Shown here: piece after piece, positions 28,272 to 40,097 of the stretch | Layout: each line of letters begins with the position of its first letter | How positions within the stretch are numbered: the first letter of the stretch is position 1 | NCBI GenBank assembly: GCA_951406725.2 | Contig: OX597825.1 | Coordinates: 82,212,001-82,276,000 of the forward strand | DNA length: 64,000 nt | DNA from: Octopus vulgaris | Taxonomy: Eukaryota | Direction: 5' to 3' | Program-made: the position numbers and the translations under genes | Notes under the pieces: generated by a model | Database searches by the model: none | Seen by the model: only the letters and a program-made list of their open reading frames with translations | Told to the model about the DNA's origin: nothing

Positions 28272-28838
28272 CATAGGCACAAGTCCTGAAATTTTAGAAG
28301 AGGGTGATAGTCGATTACATTAACCCCAGCGTTTCACCGGCACTTAACCCGTCGACTCCGAAAGGATGAAAGGCAAAGTCGACCTCGGCGGAATTTGAAC
28401 CCAAGAAGCCTAAAGACAGACGAAATACCTACTTCTTTACTACCCACAAGGGGCTAAACATAGAGGGGACAAACAAGGACAGACACACGGATTAAGTCAA
28501 TTATATCGACCCCAATGCGTAACTGGTACTTATTTAATCGACCCCGAAAGGATGAAAGGCAAAGTTGACCTCGGCGGAATTTGAACTCAGAACGTAACGG
28601 CAGACGAAATGCCTATTCCTTTACTACCCACAAGGGGCTAAACACAGGGGGGACAAACAAGGACAGACAAACGGATTAAGTCGATTACATCGACCCCAGT
28701 GCGTCATTGGTACTTAATTTATCGACCCCGAAAGGATGAAAGGCAAAGTCGACCTCGGCGGAATTTGAACTCAGAACGTAACGGCAGACGAAATACCGCT
28801 AAGCATTTCGCCCGGCGTGCTCACGATTCTGCCAGCTC
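28272..28838 (-). mobile_element. SINE-B head-to-tail trimer
   Basis: Three copies of CCGAAAGGATGAAAGGCAAAGTYGACCTCGGCGGAATTTGAAC at ~185-bp period. Only the first unit (28790-28838) has the 5' head. Confidence 0.92.
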
Positions 28839-29703
28839 AAAATGTTACACTATAATCAAATATATATAAAAAAAAATTCTCACAGAAAAGCAGAAAGTCG
28901 TTTCATTGAGATGTGAATTAACCCCCACCCAACCGCCTCTCACCTTTCTCACTCTGTCGCTCACACACGAACATGCGCATACACACACACACGCAGAAAT
29001 ATGCATACACACAAGCACAGACACACGCACAAACTCTGACGCACACCCATACACATAAATGCCTACCGCTTATAACATACAGCTACAACTGTGTGTTCTG
29101 TTAATCGTTATTCTTTTATAAATATTGCCTGGCGCTGTTCATAAACAGAAAATTTGATAAGATCGTTCGATGTGGACTTGACAACCTAGGCTCTCTCAAC
29201 AACGCAAAAAAAAAGAAATAAAAGCAAGCAAAATATAACCATTACTATACATATAAAGGGAACTTGTGTTGTACATCATATTCTCTGTACATAGAAAGAA
29301 AAAAAAAAAATTAAGTCCTTAACTCATTACGAATGCTAAAGCTCATGGCCTCTTATAATCTCTCTGGGTAACCTTACATATAAACACGACCAAATTATAG
29401 GAACAGACGAATGCCAGCCATGATCGAGTACGGTTTGGTAAGAAGGACGATGCATTCGATAATTATTTCAGGCGCCGATCTAGTCACGAGCAGACGCAAA
29501 CACAATTTCTGACCCCTTCGGTCTTGACCTGCGAGAAGACTAGGATGTGACACAAACGGGAAAATAATTTCGCTCAGAGCCCGGAACAGGGTGTTCGGTA
29601 TGCGTCCGGCTGTATGAGTGTGCGCGTGTGTGTATGTGTATGTTTGTGTGATAGTGTGTATGGGTTCTCATTCCTAAGATATTTTTCGATGTTGTTGTTG
29701 TTG

Positions 29704-29770
<67 letters not shown>

Positions 29771-29776
29771 CATAAT

Positions 29777-29852
29777 TCCGGTCGCTGCCCGGAATCGAAC
29801 TCGGAATCTTGGAATCAGTAGCCCGTGCTCTTAACCACTACGCCATATGCCC
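29777..29852 (-). mobile_element. tRNA-derived Pol III head of the hammerhead-containing element
   Basis: Minus strand GGGCATATGGCGTAGTGGTTAAGAGCACGGGCTACTGATTCCAAGATTCCGAGTTCGATTCCGGGCAGCGACC; A box TGGCGTAGTGG, B box GAGTTCGATTCC. The acceptor stem is imperfect, so it is not called a tRNA gene. Confidence 0.8.
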
Positions 29853-29859
29853 GTGGGCA

Positions 29860-29949
<90 letters not shown>

Positions 29950-30004
29950 CAATAACATCGAAAAATACCTTAGGAATGAGAACCCAGGTTCGAAATTTCC
30001 CCAA

Positions 30005-30050
30005 GACACCTGAAGAAGGCTGCAGGGTATACCAGCCGAAACGTTGTGTT
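30005..30050 (+). ncRNA. Minimal type I hammerhead ribozyme motif
   Basis: Stem I GACAC/GTGTT; core CTGAAGA+A; perfect stem II GGCTG/CAGCC; GAAA; palindromic minimal stem III AACGTT; GUU triplet. Confidence 0.8.
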
Positions 30051-30789
30051 AAGAAACAAGATGAGGACAAATATCCGTCAAATGTAAATAATGTAAATAA
30101 TGTATGGGAGAAAGTGTATAACATTCGTTGATTAATAAGGTTTGATGATCGAGTGTCTATTTTATACCATCTATACAAGTTTGTACAAGTTTGATGCTTA
30201 CAAAACTGTCTGTAACAAGATCTCTTCGGACCGCACTGCTTTGTCTCTAAATTGCGTCCTGTTGTGAGGCTCTGGCTTAGGAGATCTAGTGTTCGCAGTT
30301 TAACTCTGACTTGGAGAAGTAGCACTTGAACGTCTCCCAGCTATGGATTAATTAGCTTATCATGGCATTGCTCCCAGAAGAAGGTCACCCTCAGGCAACA
30401 CAACGATCCGAGAGCAGATGAGGCCCTTCAGTTCTTTAGCTGCTCATCTCACATAAAGTACCGGTACAGATCCTGCATCTTTATAACAACTAGGCTCGTG
30501 GCATCTGTCTCACCAGACCAAAATGTGCTTGAAAAGCGGATAAGTGGGATTGACTCGGCACAAATCGTGACCTCTATCACATTAAACCCCTGCAGCTTGT
30601 CTTCTTTGGTCCTTTGTTGAACGTTTAAAAAAAAAAACTTCTACAAAAAGGAAACCCCTACAAAAGAGCAAACAAAAGAAAAGCAGCCAAGAGGTAGGAA
30701 CCCTAATTCTTGGATACGCTTAACCAAAATCTCTCATCTCGTGCAAATTAATATATTTAAGAGTTCAAACATTTTGTCACCCTATATTT

Positions 30790-31500
30790 CAAGAACTCTG
30801 CGTAGATTCCATCAGACCCTGGAAACTTATTGTTATTCAGTTTATTCACAGTTAAATAAATGTCATTTAGAGTTGGTTCAAATTCCATATCTTCTATAAC
30901 TGGAAGGTGTTCGATTTTTTTCTATCATCCTCATGTCCACGGATGATGGTCTATACAAAAGTGCAGAAAAAATGTTCTATCCAACGCTTATGAATAGAAG
31001 CATCAGTCAAAAGCAAGTGTACATTTGCTGTTCTCACTGGAGCCATTGAAGAAGATTTGGGACCATATACCTCCCTAACATAAGAGTACAAACCCTTGGC
31101 ATCATTTCTATCAGCTGCTTCTTGCGGCCCATTTGCTATATCATTCCACCATTCCTGTTTAATTTTCCTTAGAGCAGTCTGCACTTCCCCTTTCAGCTTA
31201 CTGTAAACTTCGTTTGAGTTGGGGTTCAAGGACTGAGAAAGGAGTGTATTGCCTATGTTTGTTCTTAAAGTAGACCATGGATTTCTGAAAACCAGTCAAT
31301 GGCCTTATGTGATTTAAACCCCAATGAAGAATTTGCAACCTGAAATACTTTTGTTTTTAAATATATGAACTGCTTCCATGTCGGACACTGGAATGATATG
31401 GAGCATTTGGGTGTCAGTTTGGTGTCTGGCACGGGATAGCCTAAGGTACCTAAAAAGTTAAATGTTGCCAGCTTCAAATTACCAAGGAACTCGCAAAGAT
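30790..31500 (-). mobile_element. RTE-clade LINE ORF fragment (EN-RT linker), decayed
   Basis: ORF 30951-31229 QEWWNDIA...AADRNDAKGLYSYVREVYGP...LLTD...RWIEHF is the characteristic RTE linker. DWFSE lies upstream in another frame. Confidence 0.8.
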
Positions 31501-31576
31501 TCTACGATGCTATAGAAAGTATCAATCTCGACCCAAACAATCTAAGGGAAGATTTCAAACCAAATATATAAATACA

Positions 31577-31611
<35 letters not shown>

Positions 31612-31618
31612 GTATATG

Positions 31619-31691
<73 letters not shown>

Positions 31692-32347
31692 GTTTGTATA
31701 TATGTATACAAACTCGCTCATGGGTGAGGGAGAAAGAATTCTACAAGGGAGGAAATTTGCCTAAGAAACCATAGAATATGCGAATTAATATTGAAATTAT
31801 TTCTAGCTTGCTGTAAAAGAATTTAGGGGTGCTATGATCCCTAGAGGGAACAGATTAGAAATGCTTTCCTTTAGACGAGGAATAAATTATTCAGTCAAAT
31901 GGTTGTATGATGTGTTACGCAATAGCCTCGAGTACTAATTGCTTAATTGGCACCACCAGATGCTGTCTGATGGACCCTAACATACATAGATACACACACA
32001 CACAAACACATACATACATTGACTCACACACAAACACATTCACACACGACAAACGCGCACACACATATGTGTCTACGTGTGTGCATGTGTGTATGTGTGG
32101 TGCACGTGTTTGTACGAGCATATGTGTGTGTGTGTGTATGTATGGTGTTTTATTGACAAAAATAACCCCTACCAAATGGGCTTATAACCGAAGATATGAA
32201 TATATTCACAATCGTACCTATACATATATACACACACCAACACACAAACACACATATACATACATAAATACATACATATGCATATATGTGTGTTTCTGTG
32301 CCTGTGTGTGTCTGTCTATATATGTATGTATATATAAATATCTTTTA

Positions 32348-32415
<68 letters not shown>

Positions 32416-32608
32416 AATATATGTATATACATGTATGCATAAATATGTGTGTGTGTGTGTTTCTATATTTATACGCATGCATACAAAAAACTTACACATC
32501 CCCACGCTACACTAATGGAGATATATCGAATATACTTTTGTAGTCAATGACATCTGTGACCATTCCCGAGAGTTATACGTGTATATATATATGTATATGT
32601 AGGTATAC

Positions 32609-32692
<84 letters not shown>

Positions 32693-33239
32693 GTATACAA
32701 ATGTATGTATGTGTAAATATTCATCAGGGAATATATACCAAAACAAAATTCGTTTCAGGATGTCCGAAAGTATTTATTTCAGAATAAAGGATAAAAAACA
32801 AAAAAAATTATGGAGTTTAATGGCCCTACTCCGTCACCAAAAGAAGTCTTTCGAATACACGCCACATATATACATACACACATACTCATGTACACATGTA
32901 TGTGTGTTTGTGTGTGTGTATGAGCGTGCGTGTGTATGCGAGAGTAAGTGTGTGTGAGTGCATGTGTATGTATATGTACGTATCTATCTCTCTATCTGTT
33001 TATCTCTTTCTCTCACTCTCGCTTATGTAATTCTCTCTCTCTCTCTCTCTCACTCCGTACACCCTATATACATACATACATATATATATACATACGTACA
33101 TTCATATATATGCATATATATATATATATATATATGTATGTATATCTATAAGAGACTAAAGTGTACGTACGCCACTATATTTTTTTATATATAAAAAATA
33201 TAAAAATGGGACAAGAACGCAAATCATCCAGACACACAA

Positions 33240-33273
<34 letters not shown>

Positions 33274-33276
33274 TTA

Positions 33277-33338
<62 letters not shown>

Positions 33339-33344
33339 CATATA

Positions 33345-34103
33345 GGCACAGGAGTGACTGTACGGTAAGTAGCTTGCTTATCAACCACATAGCCCCGGGC
33401 TCAGTCCCACTGTGTGGAACATTGGGCGGACCAAAGCCTTGTGAGTGGATTTGGTAGACGAAAACTCAAAAAAGCCCGTCGTATATATGTATGTATGTAT
33501 GCATGTATGTATGTATGTATGTATGTATGTATGTATGCGTGTGTATTTGTTTGTGTGTGTGCATCCCCAACATCGCTTGAAAACCGATGTTGGTGTGTTT
33601 ACGTCCCCGTAACTTTTAGCAGTTCGGGAAAAGTGGACGATAGAATAACTACTGGGCTTCCAAAGTCCTGAGGTAGATTTGCTCGACTAAAGGCGGTGCT
33701 CCAGCAAGGCCGCAGTCAAAATGCTGGAGCACAGCCTTTAGTCGAGCAAATCGAACTCAGGACTTGTTCTTTGTAAGCCTAGTACTTACTCTATCGGTAT
33801 CTTTTGCCGAACCGCTAAGTTATGGGGACGTAAAGACACTGACATCGGTTGTCAAGCGATGGGTGGGGTGGGGGGCAAATACAGACACACAAACACACAC
33901 ACACACATGCATATATATATATATATATATACATATATACGGCGGGCTTCTTTCAGTTTCCATCTACCAAATCCGCTCACAAGGCTTTTTTCAACCCGAG
34001 GCTATAGAAGAAGACACTTGCCCAAGGTGTCACGCAGTGGGAATGAACCCGGAACCATGTGGTTCATAAGCAAGCTACTTACCACACAGCTACTCCTGTG
34101 CCT
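33345..34103. mobile_element. Two SINE-A copies tail-to-tail (plus 33345-33720, minus 33720-34103)
   Basis: The plus copy ends GCTCCAGCAAGGCCGCAGTCAAA, immediately followed by the minus copy starting ATGCTGGAGCAC. Confidence 0.88.
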
Positions 34104-34483
34104 ATACATGCCTGACATATTTCATAATGTGTGTGTGTGTGTGTGTGTGTGATGTGTGTGTGTGGACCTTTTCCTTTTGATTATGCATGATGTGTGGGTG
34201 GACTGACTGATATTTCTAGAAAGTCAAGCAAAGGAATAAAGGAATCCGTTTTTCAATTAAATAATTAGTATTGTATTCAATGTATTTCGTTGCCTGTCCA
34301 TGATCCATCATTCAGAATAATAGTACTTCCTTTATCATATTTGAACACGCCCTAAATAAACATACATACATACACACACACATACATACATATATACATA
34401 TGCATATATGTCTAAGTATATATGCATGCTTCAATACACGAATTCACATAAAGAATCTTGCAAACAACCACATGAAAAAATGA

Positions 34484-34618
<135 letters not shown>

Positions 34619-34911
34619 ACATAGATACATATGTATACATACATATGTATGTATGTATGTATGTATACACGCGCACATGTTTTGATATGGGCGTGTGTCC
34701 CTATTAAAAAGAGTATAATAGATTGACATAGATCTACATTGGTTAACCTATATCTTGTCGTCTGATAACGTTTCTAATTGACAACGCATCTTTCAACGCA
34801 GTATGTAGTCTCAAACGACATAAATTAGTTGCTGACCAATCTCAGGAACCTGACGGCCTGTGGCAATGAACTTTCTTTCATCTTGTGATTAAGTGTCTAG
34901 CCTCTCTGTTT

Positions 34912-35166
34912 TACTTGGCAGTTACAGATTACCACCTGTTTAGAAGTTTACAAAATTATTTGAGTGGATTAAGACTTACTTCAAGAGCAGAAATCGAACA
35001 TGAGTTTATTTCCTTTTCCACGTGTAAGCTTAAGAAATTTCATGAACGGGGCATTAAAAAGCTCATTGACAGATGGAAGGAGATAATAGGGAAAAAAATG
35101 GTGACTATATTCATGATTTTTTATTGTTTTGAACCTTAAAAGACCGACAGAACTTTCGTTACAACT
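34912..35166 (+). mobile_element. Mariner transposase C-terminal fragment with decayed right end
   Basis: LAVTDYHLFRSLQNYL...GIKKLIDRWKEII..GDYI matches the mariner (YSPD)LAPSDYHLFRSL...GI..L..RW...G.Y pattern. Confidence 0.85.
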
Positions 35167-35372
35167 CGGCCGGGCGAGATGCTTAGCGGTATTTCGTCTG
35201 CCGTTACGTTGTGAGTTCAAATTCCGCCGAGGTCGACTTTGCCTTTCATCCTTTCGGGGTCGATAAATTAAGTACCAGTTACGCACTGGGGTCGATGTAA
35301 TCGATTTAATACCTATGTCTGTCCTTGTTTGTCCCCTCTGTGTTTAGCCCCTTGTGGGTAATAAAGAAATAG
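35167..35372 (+). mobile_element. SINE-B, 5'-truncated
   Basis: Matches the full-length copy at 53066-53301. Confidence 0.92.
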
Positions 35373-36084
35373 ATATATTAATACATATGGCTAACAACAA
35401 CTTAGTACATGCTCTAATGGGGTTCGTACGTGGGAACTACACGCCAGGATTTTCTTTGAGTGGTGCTGTTATTGTGGGTTTGGAAAATCGTTGTTTATTA
35501 TGATTTGGATAAAAAGGGATGTATTTAAGTGGTTTCGTCCGAAGGTGAGCGGTAGACATTTTCCATGAATATTTTATTTCTTAATATTTTCTGATGATAA
35601 CTGAAAAAATAATCGATGGTTCTTTTGCCCGCTATTCTAAGTATGAGGGAGGAGATTTCACTTAATCACAGACAGGCGGCCGCATGCCTAACGTCACGAA
35701 ACGCTTGATCTTTTAAAAAAATGCTGTTGTATATGTAACAGAAACTTAATTAATATGCGTATCAGCAATTAGTAGTCAGCTTTAATTAAGACTGGCGGAT
35801 TCGAGGCTGAGGAACGGTAAGAGAAGTGGATTAGTAAGAGTATAAAAATGATTAAGTATGAATATAAACAAATAGAAATATATCTATAAATATTAAGCTC
35901 TGATGGTAAATAAACAATAAAATTGTATGGTGATTAATAAAACATTCAAACATGAAAGAAATGAAAGTTACTAATAAAAAAATTATGTGGGATTGGAGGC
36001 GTGGGAAAAAATGGAGATGACTAAATGGGGATCTATAAATGCATATATAAATATGAATATAAACAAAAGGTTAATGAGATGGTA

Positions 36085-36599
<515 letters not shown>

Positions 36600-36601
<2 letters not shown>

Positions 36602-37140
36602 GCTCTGATGCAGTACCAGGCAGTGGCTCTCATGGCTTCTGATCTTAACTGATTGGAAGTGTTATCATGTACATTGTTTTGTCTTGGTATAAAATATGAC
36701 CGACAGCAAATATTCTGCTCAATACCACAGATTTGCTTGTCAGTTGTTTGACCTTAACCAGTTGAGCATGTCCCTTAGTGGCTGACGATATGTGCATCTC
36801 TGGGGGAGCATCATAGCCGTGTGTTCAGAGGGATTCGTTGTGGTTTGAATAATTCACCTCTGGAAACATGGGTGTTTCGTTCAACACCCTTAAGCAACCC
36901 TTATTCAGGGACCTTTTGAGCGGGATGGGCTACTCGATCAGAAGAAAATTCTAACTGGGCCTTACCTGAAAGGTCATGTGCTGTTTCTCTTGATATGAGA
37001 TCACCATGTTGCGCATATATGGTTGTGATGCATGTGCCTAGTGTACCCTTATCAGACGGGTAGTCATGATGGGTATACTGAGCTACATATATTTTACCCT
37101 AGTGTCACTTTGATGGCATGCACTGCTATCTCACTCAGTA
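36600..37140 (+). mobile_element. Unclassified (TAA)n-embedded repeat, probably a non-LTR 3' UTR
   Basis: (TAA)n on both sides. The last ~85 bp recur as a reverse complement at 46222-46306, again with the 3' end against (TAA)n. Confidence 0.6.
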
Positions 37141-37196
37141 ATAATAATAATAACAACAGCAGCAACAACAACAACAACAACAATAACAATAATAAT

Positions 37197-37232
<36 letters not shown>

Positions 37233-37235
37233 ATC

Positions 37236-37277
<42 letters not shown>

Positions 37278-37294
37278 AATAATAATAATTACTT

Positions 37295-37745
37295 GACATG
37301 AGTATTCCTTGCGATCACAATATAGCGGCGAAAGAATTTGACAAGATTAGTAAATATAAAGACTTGCTAATATAAATTGAAAAAATGTGGCATCTCAAGG
37401 CGATGATGGTAAATAAATAAATAAAGATCCTAGAGATCCTACCAGTGATTGTAGCATCTCTAGGAATGATAAAAAAAAGGTACTGAAACCTATTTGAAAA
37501 TGATACCAGGCTTACCATCCCTACAAGAAGTGCAAAAAATTGCGTTAACTGGAGCGACTCATGTACTGAGAAGAGCATTATCGCTGTGAAAAACAACATC
37601 CATTCTTGAATTTATTTATCTATTAATTTTTTTAAATACATATTTTACCTGTGAATTTGCGTGTGTAATCTGAGAATGCATACAATGAGCTTCTCTGTCC
37701 TAGGTGTTGTACGGAAAACACTCGGCGAGAAACGGAAGAAATGCA
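37295..37745 (+). mobile_element. R4/Dong-like non-LTR 3' fragment (second subfamily, decayed)
   Basis: DHNIAAKEFDKISKYKDL...MWHLK...PVIVASLGMIKK...LQEVQKIALTGATHVLRRALSL*. Confidence 0.8.
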
Positions 37746-37872
37746 CACATCCTACGCAGAACACTTTCCGTACAATAACCATCAGAGCATCACAACAAAT
37801 CACAGCACATACCCAAGGCGCACAGAGCTGCGCTCGGTAGTGAAGTGAAAGCACGCTATAAAAATAAAACTA

Positions 37873-37880
<8 letters not shown>
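37746..37880 (+). mobile_element. Short 3'-end copy of the R4/Dong-like element at 37932-39312
   Basis: Near-identical to 39175-39312 and followed by (TAA)n. Confidence 0.9.
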
Positions 37881-37931
<51 letters not shown>

Positions 37932-37933
<2 letters not shown>

Positions 37934-39311
37934 TAGACGAGTTAGATCAATACTAAACACAGAGCTCAATGCTAAAAACAAGATAATAGGTATCAACACT
38001 TTAGCTGTCCCAGTTATAAGTTACAGCTACAATATCCTTAACTGGACACGAAATGAACTGACCAAAATAGACAGGAAAACAAGAAAAATAATGACAGGAT
38101 CTAGGATGCATCACCCAAAATCTGACATAGAAAGACTATATATACAACGTATAGAAGGTGGTAGAGGCCTTATACAGCTGGAAAACTACTATAAAATAAC
38201 CACCATAGGACTGCAAAAATATCTACTTCAGAAGGAAGGAAAACTGATCCAGATAGCGGCAAAACACGAGCAAAACAAAAAACTGTTCTCAGTATTTAAG
38301 GAAGCTGACAAATACAAACAAGAAATCATACCACCTAATAAACATGAAGAAGAAGAAGAAGAAGATGAAGAAACAACAAAAGCTATAAAAAAAATGAAAT
38401 CCAAACTAAAAATAGAACAGCAACGAACCATGATAAAACGATGGCAAGAAAAGCCCCTTCATGGTAAATACTGGACTAAACTAAACGCAAAAGAAATAGA
38501 CAAAGAAAAATCCCAGCAATGGTTGAGAAGCTCAGGACTCAAAGCAGAAACAGAGGGATTTTTAATTGCAGCACAAGACCAAAGCCTCCCCACCAGAAAT
38601 TACCAAAAACATGTAATGAAAAGAAATATTACAAGTAACTGCAGAATATGTGGAGATGGACAAGAAACAATAAATCATATTATCTCTAGCTGCCCAGTCC
38701 TGGCTAAGAAGGAATATATTCACAGACATGACAGAGTTGGAACTTACATACATTGGAAGCTATGCCAACATTATGGAATAACAACAGAAAAAAGATGGTA
38801 TAGGCACACACCAGAAAAGGTCACAGAAAACGAGAAAGCAACCATACTCTGGGATATGCCGATACACACAGATAGAGAAATTAAGGCCAACAGACCAGAT
38901 ATAGTTGTCAGAGACCATGAAGAAAAAAAAATGCTTTCTAATTGATGTATCAGTACCGGCAGATGACAACGTGTCTCTAAAAGAAATGGAGAAACTCTCA
39001 AAATACAAAGACCTGGAAATAGAGGTAACTAGAATGTGGAATCTGAAAACAGAAACAATTCCTATCATAGTAGGTGCATTAGGCATGATAAAAAAATATT
39101 CAGACAAATACATAACAAAAACACCAGGACTTACAAACACATATAACATACAGAAAATTGCACTACTAGGCACTGCACACATCCTACGCAGAACACTTTC
39201 CATACAATAACCATCAGAGCATCACAACAAATCACAGCACATACCCAAGGCACACAGAGCTGCGCTCGGTAGTGAAGTGAAAGCACGCTATAAAAATAAA
39301 AATAAAACTAA

Positions 39312-39312
<1 letters not shown>
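37932..39312 (+). mobile_element. R4/Dong-like RLE non-LTR retrotransposon, 5'-truncated (RT C-terminal region, CCHC knuckle, restriction-like endonuclease, 3' UTR)
   Basis: ORFs 38091-38945 and 38905-39210: RLYIQRIEGGRGL, CRICGDGQETINHIISSC, RHD, NRPDIVV...LIDVSVP...EKLSKY, LGTAHILRR. One frameshift in the A9 run at 38923-38931. (TAA)n on both sides. Confidence 0.93.
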
Positions 39313-39355
<43 letters not shown>

Positions 39356-39371
39356 TATAATAGTAATAATA

Positions 39372-39630
39372 ATATGTGATGAAAACTCACAGCTTATTTT
39401 GCTGGGTATGATGGAAAGTGTCAGCTGTCCACAGCCAGCAACAGACTAAGGTGACACTTGTTTTGTTGGTCATACTTCAAGAATCCTGCGAAGAATTCTT
39501 GCAGTTCCAAGCAATGCTGATTTTCGTAGGTGTTCTATCTTCACACTCGCACCAATCTTTTTCAGCCATGTTGATAGTTGAGTGAGAAATACGAACGTTG
39601 GTCTCATCTCCAATACTCTTTCAACTCGTT
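39372..39630 (-). mobile_element. R4/Dong-like 3' end (third subfamily)
   Basis: Minus strand LSTWLKKIGASVKIEHLRKSALLGTARILRRILEV* plus a short UTR. Confidence 0.75.
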
Positions 39631-39698
39631 GATTGTATCATGTGTTTCTAGCTACAAATCCCCATTTCTAGCACACTTTCCAGTGTAAAACTTTTACA

Positions 39699-39890
39699 GG
39701 CGCAGGAGTGGCTGTGTGGTAAGCAGCTTGCTAACCAACCACATGGTTCCGGGTTCAGTCTCACTGCCTGGCATCTTGTGCAAGTGTCTTCTGCTATAGC
39801 CCCGGGCCGACCAATGCCTTGTGAGTGGATTTGGTAGACGGAAACTGAAAGAAGCCTGTCGTATATATGTATATATGTATGTATATGTAT

Positions 39891-39938
<48 letters not shown>

Positions 39939-40097
39939 ACGTCCCCGTAACTTAGCGGTTCGGCAAAAGAGACCGATAGAATAAGTACTGGGCTTACAAA
40001 GAATAAGTCCCGGGGTCGATTTGCTCGACTAAAGGCGGTGCTCCAGCATGGCCGCAGTCAAATGACTGAAACAAGTAGAAGAGTAAAAGAGTAAAAG
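39699..40097 (+). mobile_element. SINE family A, young copy with an internal deletion next to the microsatellite
   Basis: Head GGCGCAGGAGTGGCTGTGTGGT to tail GAAACAAGTAGAAGAGTAAAAGAG. Confidence 0.93.

Noticed and set aside
28272-28838. Regularly spaced repeats resembling a CRISPR array
   Set aside because: The whole ~185-bp unit repeats with no unique spacers. It is a SINE concatemer in eukaryotic DNA, with no cas genes.
29777-29852. Possible tRNA gene
   Set aside because: A and B boxes are good, but the acceptor and anticodon stems pair poorly and it continues into a repeat body, so it is treated as a SINE-type head.
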